The notes under the pieces were generated by a model. It saw only the letters and a list, made by a program, of their open reading frames with translations. It made no database searches and had not been told where the DNA came from. Below are positions 26,878 to 39,190 of a stretch of DNA of 64,000 bases, one piece after another. Positions within the stretch are counted from its first letter, which is position 1. The number at the start of each line of letters is the position of its first letter. The stretch spans positions 1,736,001 through 1,800,000 of the forward strand of contig CM120646.1 in the NCBI GenBank assembly GCA_051362555.1, in the 5' to 3' direction. Origin of the DNA: Lingula anatina (taxonomy: Eukaryota > Animalia > Brachiopoda). A program made the translations under genes and the position numbers.

Positions 26878-28650
26878 TTAGTGTATTTACTTATAAATAT
26901 GTCAGTTGTATCACTAACATTGAAGGTTTCGCGCTCGAATCTTCCCGTAAAATATGGGTTTCTGTGTGAGCTACCTGTCAAAAGCCAGGTGTAAGCGGCG
27001 GCTAGTTCCGCTACTTATATGCCTAATTTATTACTATATTTCAAGAAAATAATATTGTCATTGCATATTTCCATATCCCGAGAATATAATGAAGGTATTT
27101 ATGTTTAAAATATGTTTATTGTAGGCACTCCTAGTCGATAAAGGACCGTTCGTTTCAGTAATCAAATTTCGTGTACCAGGTCCGACATTTAACACGACTT
27201 GTGTCAACGCAAATTTTTAAGGGAGAAACAAGGCCTGATGCGTATTTTATGTCAATGACAGTTGACATAACTAAGTGTAGATGAGGTAGACAATCTAAAC
27301 AGTGTTTGCCAAGAATGTTAGCATCGTTTTGTTAGCATCATTGTTTTTTTCACTCCCTCATAACCTTGCATTGATGTTGGTAGGTCCAAGAAGTTATAAA
27401 GAGAAGGAGTAGAAACAAGGGGTTTCCTTTCATCCTATCCTCGTAACGGGCTTAATCCTAATAATTACCCAGCTTGTGGTCTTAGGGAGAGCTTGTGCCT
27501 AATACATATTCAAAAGACCGTTCACGTGGGTTGCTTCAGCCAATTGGGATAAAGCCTTGCGAAGTCTCTAATAATCTCACAGAGAAAACATGGTGGGATT
27601 ACAGAAAGGTGTAGAGAGAGATTTCAAGCCTGGACGCAACCATTTTGGGAAATAAAACTCAAATCATGCGAGATACACCTTCATTTGATCTAGAGCCGAT
27701 CAGTTATACAAAAATTAGTTTCACATCAAGAATGTATGAGAACAATTTCACAAACCCACCTTCAACGCTAAAATTTGCACCTGTAGAAGTCTCATATTTA
27801 TTTTAAATTCTTTTTGTCGTGTAAAGGAAATTTACCTTCATCTAGAAATGACACATTCAATTCACAGCCGTGTACACAAAACAGTAGTACTTGCAATTTC
27901 CGTATGCCAGCCTCGTTTCTTTCTTTTTTGGCACATTATTGCTTATATACCAGGTAGAGCTTAAACAGGAAAATTGGGGAAATGAAAATAAGTTATTGCA
28001 CTTAGTATGATTCTAAATAAAATTTCATTAATACATATTTTTGTTTATATCTTTGTCTATAACATGAGGCCAACTAATAGTAGACTGATAGTTTAAATTC
28101 ATTAGAAGAAAAAAATCAAAGAAATATTTTTATTGATTGATATTGCTTTATTTCAACATTCGAGCAACTTGTATAATATCTAAAACAAAGTACCAGCAAT
28201 GAAAATATGTCAATATTGTTACACCCAACAGTGATTAAAGCAATACAAAAATGGTTAGTTTTTATTTTGATGTGGTGATTATTTTATTTTATACTTTAGA
28301 CAATTAGCCAGTGAACACTAAATTCCCTTTTAAAACTTGGACCACTAAATTCCCTTTTAAAACTTGCACCTCTTATGCACTATAGTTTAATTTTAGTGGT
28401 GGTAAGAAAACAGAGCCGTGTGCCTCATCAAGTTGCTGCTGGAAACAATCATTTTGACTGTTCAATTATGGCTACATGTACATCTGCCAGCAAAACTTAA
28501 GATCTTTCACCTGCATTCTCTTCAACCTGAAATGAGTAAGTGCAGAATTCATTACAAAATATAACTCTATATCCTAAACGAAACTCTGCAAACATCATAT
28601 TGCAATAAAAAATTGAAAAAAATTCCGAGAGTTCCCTGTCATCAAATTTT

Positions 28651-29438
28651 GGACCCACCATTTTGAAAAAGTCCCAAGAAAAGTTGTTTATTTGAAACGA
28701 TGTTTTTCATCTAAAGGATTGATTCATTTAATATCACAATGATATATTGTAATGGTGCACGTGCTTAACTAACCAGAAAAACATAAATTATATGCATACA
28801 CCACGTTAAAATTACCAAAACTTGTCCCAAACTGACACCCAACTGTCTCTAACCAATTTAGGGACCCGCCATTTTGAAAAAGTCGGATGAAAGTTGTCTA
28901 TTTGAAACGATGTTTTTCATCTAAAGGATTGATTCATTTAATACTAAAGTGATGTATTGTAATGATGCACGTGCTTAACTAACCAGAAAAACATAAATTA
29001 TATGCATACACCACGTTAAAATTACCAAAAATTGTCCCAAACTGTCACCCAACTGTCTCTAACCAATTTAGGGACCCGCCATTTTGAAAAAGTCGGATGA
29101 AAAGTTGTCTATTTGAAACGATGTTTTTCATCTAAAGGATTGACTCATTTAATATCACAATGATGTATTGTAATGGTGCACGTGCTAAACTAACCAGAAA
29201 AACATAAATTATATGCATACATCACGTTAAAATTACCAAAAATTGTCCCAAACTGTCACTCAACTATCCCTTACCAATTTAGGGACCCGCCATTTTGAAA
29301 AAGTCCGATGAAAAGTTGTCTATTTGAAACGATGTTTTTCATCTAAAGGATTTATTAATTTAATACCAAAGTGATGTGTTGTAATGATGCACGTGCTTAA
29401 CTAACCAAAAAAACATAAATTATGTTCATACATCACGC
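28651..29438. repeat. Tandem array of ~210-bp units (~3.7 copies) nested in the transposon
   Basis: ggaccc.ccattttgaaaaagtc recurs at ~28651, 28862, 29072 and 29283. Confidence 0.9.
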
Positions 29439-30299
29439 ACTTAAGAAGAAAAAAGGTCCTAAACATGGAGGTCCCGCTGAATCGGCCTCAGATCTTCGAG
29501 CTAACGCTGCTTTCTGCACTGACAAATTTGACTGACAGCCACCGTATGAACATAAAACAATGCTCAAAGCAGATTATCAACTCTCACTCACCTTTATATC
29601 GATCGACTTGGCGTTTTTCTAAGTATAACTTCCAAATATTCGCATTAAACATGAATAAATCAAGACGTATACGCACTGGTTCAGCTTCTCCGTCTTGAGT
29701 CACGCGGAGGCGAGCGGAGGATTAGACCAGTTACGAGGATCGAATTTCAAAGGACGCCGCTTTGAAAAGAATGCTGCGATCTGATTGGACGAGAGAGATA
29801 ATTGATGTCCCGTTTCTACTCCTTCTCATTATAACTTCTTGGTAGGTCACAGAGAAGGAAGTGGCATAACTTGAAAACAGAACTAGAGACCAAAGAAAAA
29901 GTCGAGTGTGGCATGAAGAAAGATCATGGAGAATAACAGCATCGAGGTAGGTGTGCAAACGAAAATAAGTTTGCTAGTTTTTTACTTGTTCAAATGTCTT
30001 GTATCAATGTCATGTCATACAATGTCATGTAGCTTGAGCTACTATGTACCTGAAGTTGCATTATAGTACAGAAATACAAGTTGTGAGATGATATATCATG
30101 GTTTGGAGGTCACAATTTAATGCTATGAATGTACAATTTCATTTTGCATTTGAAATACAAATTGAAAAGAACAGTAAAAAAACAAAATCTCATTAATTTA
30201 ATTTTATTTTTTAGGTTTGGTGATATTTTGAACGCAACCGAAAGACGAGACAAGGGCAAATTATGCCAGTGACTCTTGTTTACCCATGAAATCAATACT

Positions 30300-31668
30300 C
30301 CATATTTCTTAAGTTTTAAAGGCATATAGTCGTCAACAATGTCACGTTCTGGCTAAATGTTCATTTCACTGAGCTGGAAAAACAAAGTTGATCCATGTGC
30401 TTTTTATTTCTGACACCGTTGTTACCGATAGCTTGAAACTGTCAAAATGCATAATGGTCAAAAAACATTGGTCCACTGGTGACAAACATTTGAAATTCAA
30501 GCGGTGAGCTGCTGGTCCAAGGCAATTGAAAAACAACATGAAGTGTTCAAATGACTGAATCCAGTTAGATACTGGACAGCCTTTGCATTTTGCTGGTACA
30601 GCATGATGCTTTCTCTTGTGTCTGATGATGTAATGATATCACAATGGGAAGCTGTACTTTCTTTTTGGCTCTCACCAGGACAGTCTTCATGTTTGTCTTC
30701 CACTGCTTCATCTGCTCGAGACTCAACTTATAGGATACAACAAAAAATAAATACATAAGTTAATAAATTACACAAAGTAAAATACTTCATGTATTAATTT
30801 TAATTGTGTTTAAACACATAAAATCGGTGTAGATGACAGAAATGACGCAGATCTGACTGCCTCTTGTCCTGTTTAGTCCGTCTCTTGTATTTTTAGATAA
30901 TTCTGTATTTACACAGATAATTATACAAATAAAAATAAACATTTTATTTATAAATCTGTTATTATATCATGCGTTATATTTACCTCCATGAATACAATCA
31001 GGAGCTGTAAGTAGGCCTACTGTCACCGGATCTAATACTTTGCAGCTTTTAGCTAGACAGCTGATGATGGTACGTCTTTCACTTTATTAAATGGAAATAT
31101 GGATGGTATCGTTCCTGGCTTCAGTCTTTTTCTCTCATCTGCAAAAGGAGTGCACATAACGATTATTAATACAATAAAAATCAAGTTGCCTTAATTTGAA
31201 AACGTGGCCTTTAAAAAAACTCATGGATTAAATCACATAAAAACGAAGAAATAATTGTATTGGTTGGTCGGGGTTGACCCGGGCTCGGTAGCTTAGTAGG
31301 TAGAGTGTTTTCTCCCCCCAAATCGCTACACAATGTTAGGTGAAGAATGTCTTAAAATTAACATTCTAAGCACGTTACACGATATAATTACTTAAACATC
31401 GATAACAAAGACCTAATGAATAAGTTGACAAACTCATTATTAATACTAAAAGCGACAATAACAAGTACAACTTACGTAGAAGTGTAATCTTCCTCACGAA
31501 AGTGGAGGAAACAGACTTTGTCATGTGCCTTTGGTTTCCATAGTGTTTTTGATGTAGAATCAACCCTCCTGATGGCAACTTTCCACTGGTAACTTAGCTT
31601 TGTGTCTTTCGGAAAGAATGACCTCCTGTTGACGATGTACATTCCCGAACACAACAGTATCCTGGCAT
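30300..31668 (-). pseudogene. THAP-domain transposase remnant (THAP + HTH; DDE core not found)
   Basis: ATG 31668 MPGYCCVRECTS, frameshift, then FPKD..QWKVAIRR..WKP..KVCFLHF. A later exon gives RLKPGTIPSIFP (AVPTIF-like box, ~31090-31140), then AVQYLTGF, LSPVDQCFLT and PERDIVDDYMP. Confidence 0.75.
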
Positions 31669-34380
31669 TATTTAGAGCGATATTTACAGCGTCAGATTAA
31701 AAATGAAACTGCAAACACACGAGAAAGTACGCGCATGCGCAAAAGTATCCCAACTAAAACACGCGCGCCACCCAGTGGTGAAAAAAACTGATAGCCCCAT
31801 TGATTAAATGGCTAGTTCGGACAAAACGGACTGGGTTCAACAGGTTTCGGAATTTCGATAAAATCGTCACCTTTGTCATAAACATACTGCACGGAATCAT
31901 TGGTATTAAGGAAAAAGGATTTCTACTCTACACACTAAACCCCCGACGCGTAATGTTTGGGGAATTTCGGGTTTCGCTATACTCTAGTGGGGCTCATGAC
32001 AGTCTTAGCATAGTTAGCAACTGCATAAAGCAGTTTATACGAGTCATCGAATGACGTGTATTAAAAAATTACAAGGTTTCTTTCACCAAGACTAACTGAG
32101 AATAAAGTTCAATAAAATAAGGTATATCATAGGCAACCTTTGTTTATCAACGTTCATTGTTTTTGTAGAACACTATGTCTTGTGGCGGAAGTCACTGACA
32201 AGCCTTACAAGTCATTACATCAAAACAATATATGCAATCGTCTACAATGTTTTCTAAAAAAAAGTATAAGCGAGCGAATATGATGCAGTGCAGCTTTTAA
32301 TCACTGCCATCATCATTATGTATTTATGTCTACACTCCGTGTATTATGACGACTACCATTTAAATGTAAAAGAATTGGATGAACTTAACCACCGAGCTTG
32401 TGAACACTTGCGAGATATTTGCCTGGTTATCTTAAAATCAAAATGCTTTTTACAGTTAACTGTTTTCTTGAGAAACCTATTTTACACATGTACGTGAGAC
32501 ACATTTTATGAAAAACGTATTTAAAAAACGATATTACTGCAAACGTTTATATTATCCCCTCATAGTAAGCCAAAACGCTCACCACACAGGGAACAGGTGT
32601 CTTGCACAGTTCTGACAAATATGACACTGGTCAAAGTTGTCTTTAGTGGCTGGTTGCAAAGCTGTGTTCTAACATCAATGAAACAAGGGTGATTGTCCGC
32701 CCATGCTCCGTCCCCAGCGTGATTAAGTTCTCTCAAACGATTATTGCTGCAATTATTCCAGTCTTCGGGGGATAAGACAATTATTGAACAGGGAAAACAT
32801 CGCGATAAGGGTAGGAACCTTTTAAACGACACGTAATTGACCGAAAACAGGGTAAGGCAATAAAATGGCCTACACACCTAGGGATCACCATCTGATATTA
32901 CAAACCAATCATTGCATGACGGTTATTCATCTACATTGGATTGGCGTTCCTTTGTCAGGAAAAAATATGATGCACAGTACAGGTAGTGTCGGCTTCATAT
33001 AGCAATAATTGAACCGATGTTATTCATTCTTTAAAAAGAAGGAGCAGACAGAAATTAATTATTCATTCTAAAACACTAAAAATATTTCATTTATTGATGA
33101 ATGTATATCCAATCCTGAAATAAGCATTGTGTATGTCTGAGAGAGAAAGCTCGCCCTTATCGTAGGGGAAATGGCTGCACATGCTTCGGGTGTCAGTTGA
33201 ATTTGCTCGTGTTGATTGTGTAATCTTCTGATATCCAATGTTGAAGGCAAATATCTACAGCCTAACGATAAAAGTAAGACCAAGCGTTATATCTGTGGTT
33301 GGAAGATGCAGGCCGTGGTGACGACACAAAAAAGTCATTCAAATTGGCGTTTTGTATAGTATTAACATGACGTTTTCCTTATTACTCGATCAATCACGCT
33401 CAAAAACCTTTGAAAAAAGTGCATTTATCTGTCGCCAGCACCGGAAGAACAGTAATGTATTGCAAGGATTTATTAGCAATAAACCGAGCAAAAAGGGGAA
33501 AAAAGCTCACGTTGTTGTTGTTATGATGCTTTGGTACAAGCAGTGTGCGTGTGTGTGTGTGTGTGTGTGTGTTTGCTTGTGTGTTTTTTCAAAATGTTTC
33601 AATCCAGTGATTTCAGAAAATGACCAGTCCCGGCCAAGTGAAAATTAAAATATTTGTTATCAAAGAACTGTGCGAAACCGTAATGTAAAGTCACGGATCA
33701 CAAAAGCCACAGGTCACAACTTAGTATTTCTAATAGTTAAAGTGCCATTGATTGAAAATTCTACTCTTAACAGAAATGTCAGCCACCTGTCGACCTAACA
33801 ACTGCTGTAAAAAGAATTGCAACATCAGCGGAACTCAGAGAACGACATGGGGGGGGGGGGGGAAGAGAGGGCTGGAACTCGGAGGTGAAACTGATGGGAA
33901 AGACGTGGAAGCAACAGCAGAGAGAAGGCAGTCCGGCGCCTTAGGAGCTGCATGTTGAAGCATAAGGGACACGGTGCTCACACCTTATATTCCATGTAGT
34001 GCGTACAGGGTATGTGAGCAATAAAAGTTCTTAAAAGCATAAAAAATATTGACCGTACCGCAGCCGTTGCTTACCACATAACCCCCCTCATAATAGCGTA
34101 GACAGATATTGATAAAATCCGTGTACAAATGGCCCATGCGGGAACATACATCAACAACACACGCCCAACACAATCACATGTACACAAACGCATCTTTTAC
34201 ACACACACACACACACACGCTGATTACTTGCCTGCCTGACGCATAATAGAACTCCACATTATCATTTATCTATTCTGCACACATATTTTCTCTTTCGTGA
34301 ATAAGTTGCAAAAGAAAACCTCAAGCCGAGAACTAATTTGAAGCCAGTTTTGTAATGACATTAAAGCAATTGCCACTCAC

Positions 34381-34763
34381 CAGGTGCATCCGCCCTCTCC
34401 ATACAGCCAGTGTGTCGCCCAACTGGACGACGATGAAAACGGATTCCCGACAACAGAAATAGCCAAGTCACTGATCGTTAGAGAAATCACGAATATGTTA
34501 GTCGGCGTCTGCAGCTCTTTGGTCTTGAAAAAAAGATAGAGAACGAAACTGTTTCCAATGAACGCCAGAACGCCAATCAAGCCAATGAAGAACCCAAGAC
34601 AGTAGAAATTCTCAACGGGCCAATTTTCCGGGCCGGTACCATTGGTGTGGTTTTGTTGGTCGAGGACCCCTGGTTTATCACCCGGTTGATAGGCCAAACT
34701 GATATCTAACGAGTTCTGGGCGGCAACCCAGACAGAACTTTGGTTATGCGCTGATGACAACAT
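34381..34763 (-). CDS. Opsin alternative first coding exon C (N-terminus, TM1, TM2, EL1), proximal
   Basis: ATG at 34763; 383 nt; GNSFV, TPTNIFV, SDLAI, WLYGEGGCTW; donor TG|gtgagt. Gives a 437-aa opsin with exons 2-5. Confidence 0.92.
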
Positions 34764-36928
34764 TATCCTTTTGGAAAAGAACGCGGCATGCAATTGGCAA
34801 TTTATAGTTTCAGCGGCATAATCCCAATGACGCCATTCGCCTTTGTTAACGTTGATGTACAAGACAGCTAAAAGATGGCTTTGTCCTTGGATGTTTTGAT
34901 CGCTCAATTGGAAATCCAGTTATATAACTGTTTACACTATGCCTTAGACATCGACGAACGCTGTTTAGGAAATTCCGTTCTTTATGTATTAAAAACCTCA
35001 CTTCCGCTTACACCATTCAATACAGCGTGCATGCTACTCGTACACTTCTGGTCATATATTGCATTAACATCGTCTCAACTGGCGTAATAAAGATGCTTGC
35101 TTCTCAAAGCCAATTTTCAGTCCTAAAAGACTCGATGCAACAGGTTTCTGCGAACGATATTCCCAGCCTCAAAGTGGGTAGCTGAGGAAGGTCGAAGTGA
35201 GACAACGTTCGTAATCTTTTTTATGCAATGTTCCTATAATTGTTGCAGAACTAATATTATATATATTCATCAATCTCGAATGAAAATTATGTAAACCTGT
35301 ATTCATGCATATATTCTTATAATATCTGAATATTTTATATAACCATGTTAAGGTTATTTTTGTCTCCTCTTCAGAGAGCGTTTTTGTTTCATGCGAAATG
35401 GTTCAATGCAGGTAAAAAAATGGTTTCAGATCGCAGCCGAGGTGCTGCCCTTTATTATATATATATTTTTTTTTTTTACTAGTGTTATCTTAAAAGTGCA
35501 ACAAGGTCTTGGTTCTTATTTTTTCTCAAAGGAGTTTAGAAGGCGGGATGGTATCCGCAAAGCTTACTGAATAAGATATGTTGATATAATCTGGCTAGCG
35601 CATCGTACCTGCTAACACAATCAGCAAGTTCAAAGAAAGCAAATAGGCTACCCTTGCCGTTAGCATGTCGCGTGCTCTGCGGGAGATACATATAAATCCA
35701 ATATGCGGTTGACACACACGCTATTGGACGCGTAACTTATAAAGATAAAAACTTTTGTATCCTCATTGTGAATGAATGTGTTGACGGTATCTTTACAAAT
35801 TATGAACATTTCATACCTATACAGAAACCAGTGTATTTGAGGGGTTGTGATATCTAAATGATTGAAAACATGGATATCTACAATGGTATTTTTGCAGCAT
35901 AATTCATGTCAGATGGAATATAAGATACTACTCAAAGCAGGTCACAGCTGTGATGTGCTAGATGGTAAAAAAACATGTGGAACTGAAGCTGTGACAGCTT
36001 TTGTTCATTGTAAGAACCTGGTTGGAAGAGATGTGACAGAGAGGATTATGATGAAATGTTAGAACATTAAGCATTGTGTTTATGTATTTTCTTTGTAACT
36101 TGGAAATTCTTTCCATTCGGAATATCTTTTTTGTTGTTCAGTAAAATCTTTTGCAGCGTTTACCAATTACGTGTGAATGTTACCAAGATATGTTATTCAT
36201 AGAAAAAAGGTATGGGGTCAAAATGGTGGCGCGAAATTCTCCTTGGCAACGTCAACTTGTTTTACGTCTATAATAAACACATTGGCTGAGATATGCAGCA
36301 GTAGACGTTAACGAGCAGATACTTTTTTAGGCATAGGATAAAGTCTTCACAGATTTTACGGTGTATTAGGAGCAAAGTGTCTCAATACAACGTCTCAAAA
36401 TAGTGCATACCTCTTCATGCATATAAATAATGACGAAAATTGCCTTTAGCAAACCTAAGCTTGTATTTTCATCGTTTAACGCCTCGGTGTGTACTGGAAG
36501 ATCACCACCACCGAAGTAGTTGAGCTCAAATGTCAGTGAATGCAGGACCAGTGACAATACAACATAACTGGTCTTCCTCCCCCCCCCCCCACCCACCCAC
36601 CCCCACCCCCCCGTTACGTAAGTGTAATCATTTTAGCACATTTCGTTACTGATCTATGCACTCTTTACAATTTAAATAAAAATTCAATTTTTATACACAT
36701 TTTTTATGTTGTTAAATCCTTTACAATAAGTTTTACCCTCATACCGGTAAATTACAAGTAAACCTGATTTTCCTATCACGTTTTAATACCTCGCATGACG
36801 TCACTCGTTTGCCGAAAGCCTCGATTTAAGATGCCTTGGATACCCACCCCCAAAATAAATAAATAAATAGATAAATAAACAAACAAACAAACAAACAAAC
36901 AAACAAACAAATAAAAAATGCGACTTAC

Positions 36929-37311
36929 CAAATGCACCCGCTTTCTCCAAACAACCACCGCGACACAAAACTGGACGACGACGCAAACGGATTCCCGACA
37001 ACAGAAATAGCCAAGTCACTGATCGTTAGAGAAATCACGAATATGTTAGTCGGCGTACGCAGCTCTTTAGTCTTGGCAAAAAGGTAGAGAATGAAACTGT
37101 TTCCAGTGAACGCCAGAACGCCGATGAGGCCAATGAAAAACCCAAGAGAGTAGTAATTCTCAAGGGGCCACTGTTCTGGACCGGTACCATTGGTGTGGTT
37201 TTGTTGGTCGACGGTCCCTGGTTTATCACCCGGTTGATTGGCCAAACTGATATCTGAAAAATTCTGGGCGGCAATCCAGCCAAAACTTTGGTTTTGTGCT
37301 GATGACAGCAT
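36929..37311 (-). CDS. Opsin alternative first coding exon B
   Basis: ATG at 37311; 383 nt; no stops or indels; donor TG|gtaagt; same phase as exons A and C. Confidence 0.88.
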
Positions 37312-38439
37312 TATCCTTTCTGTAGTTGACTTTCACGCATACTCTATGGAAATTTATAATTCAGAGGCTTAACATTATCTATTCAGTGAATAGCGCGGCA
37401 TGTAATTGGCAATTCATCGTTTCGGCGGCATAAAATCAATGCCGCCTTCCGCCTTTATTTGCACTGATGGACAAGACAGCTTGAAGATGGCTCGGGTGGC
37501 AATCCAGTCATTTATTTGTTTACACGACATGCTTTATGGATCGACGAACGCTGTTTAAGAAATTAAGCTATTTATGTATTGGAATCTCACTTCTGCTTGC
37601 AAAGCATCTTGCACACGCTATTCGTGCGGTGCTGGGGAGATGCCAGAGAGATACACAAGCCTGCTACTGCATTGCGGCCGTCGCACCTGTCGGAATGAAG
37701 ATTCATGCTCCTCGAAATCAATTCTCCGTCTTTGACACTATTACCAACATCAAGTAGTTGAAGAATGTGGAAGTGAGGCAATTTATGTATTATCTTTTTT
37801 TATTGTTTGCTTTGAGCATAATAAATTTAATACCTACTCGAACAAATGATTTCAAAGCACTCACCCCAACATGTGCACACACACCTATACATGTATATAC
37901 ACCCAGATCACAATCACAAAAAGACATATATCCAAACACACTTGCACCCAACTGATAACGCATCTACAGCCTGGTATTTTCTCTTTATTTAATAAAATTG
38001 TTCACATGGCATAATATAAAATGATTTTAAATTTGCATTTTCCTAATAATATGATCATATATCATTAAAACATTAAAGCAATGGGATCATCCGGGATAGC
38101 CCAAAATCTCACAACTCTGAATAAAGTCTGGCAAGATTTTGAGGGATTTGGAAGAGAGTGGGGTCAGAAATAATAGCGGCTAGTGAGAGCGGCGCAATAA
38201 AACGCTAAAGCTTACAGCTGTTATCCACTTGCTGCTTTCTGTTCATAGGTTCAGTAAGGACTACAGTGCGACTTCGACTATGATTTACTTGTCGCTTTTG
38301 TATTGCTTTCGTAGACATAATTCCCATCGCTATCTCATCTTTGAATAAAAAACTTTCACTTTTTAGGTTACCGTTAGCCTTGGCCAAAAACTCCCCATTT
38401 ACTGCCTTACATACATTTTTTTGGATAACTGATAACACT

Positions 38440-38820
38440 TCAGTGTTCAGTGACTAACCTTATTAACATTTAAATACATATTTTCTTACTGGTGACGTCA
38501 TAATTGCAATTTTGGGGTAAAATTGATAAAAAATCGGTTTCTCAAATTTCTCCTCAACCTGAGCAACAACGAACACCGTTTCAACGCCAATTTAATGAAA
38601 CTACCAGAACCCTGCCAGCATTTTCTTTAAAGCCTTAGTTCAGATTTTAACGTTCATAAAGCAAAATAACGCCTTTGTTTAATGAAAATATGTAATTGAG
38701 GGCTCATAACTCCACAACAAAAACATTTCAACCAAAATGACGGCACAAATTGTAGCCAATACACTTGTGATAGACTATGACAATTTTCGTCATAAAATCT
38801 TGTTCAGGGATAAAGTTACG
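38440..38820. repeat. Dispersed repeat; inverted homologue at ~42285-42665
   Basis: aattttcgtcataaaatcttgttcagggat (38782) vs atcctgaacaagattttatcacgaaaatt (42288), and aaaataacgcctttgtttaatgaaa (38663) vs tttcattaaacaaaggtgttatttt (42367), are reverse complements. Confidence 0.75.
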
Positions 38821-39190
38821 AACTATACTGATTACCATGTCACCTCAAAATAGAAAGGTGTTAAACTGACTATTAAAGCTTTGAGTTGCCCATGCTTCTT
38901 GTTTGCAAAGAGAAATATAAAAACCGATATTTTATATTTTTGAGGGGATTTTTATTGTTTTTTTAAAATAAGCACAAAGATAGATACATTATCGAATGAT
39001 AAGATGAAAGAAACTTTTTCGTACCTGAATGAAAATAAAGGTTCGCAATACCCTTAAAAGTTAGCCTTCCTTCAAGCAGATTCAAGCACTTTTTTAAAAT
39101 CTAGCACGAGGTCACTTTGTACCTATAGGATCGTTTCAAGCTACCCCTTCCCTCCCCCCCCCCCCACCCCCTCCCCCACCACACACTTAC

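Larger units (their letters stand above)
26687..31798. mobile_element. Degenerate ISL2EU-like (IS5/Harbinger-related) transposon in opsin intron 1
   Basis: Termini GGGGCTAT...ATAGCCCC with AT on both flanks. Holds two convergent gene remnants: a SAP-domain start on + and a THAP/HTH transposase on -. Confidence 0.7.

Noticed and set aside
28651-29438. Regular repeats as a CRISPR-like array (also 63010-63330)
   Set aside because: The units repeat in full with no unique spacers, there are no cas genes, and the context is eukaryotic; these are ordinary tandem repeats.
34764-34907. 48-aa N-terminal extension of opsin exon C in the ORF track
   Set aside because: It starts at a non-ATG codon. The ATG at 34763 aligns with exons A and B, and the homologous flank of B has indels, so it is treated as UTR or promoter.
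35862-36062. Cys-containing ORF between opsin exons B and C
   Set aside because: It is on the opposite strand with a non-ATG start and is not opsin-like; at most an unclassifiable transposon fragment.
36796-38500. TGACGTCA upstream of each opsin first exon as a shared regulatory code
   Set aside because: The motif also occurs at 5221, 5329, 14216, 17338 and 25671, and the 38493 copy is inside a dispersed repeat, so it is not specific.
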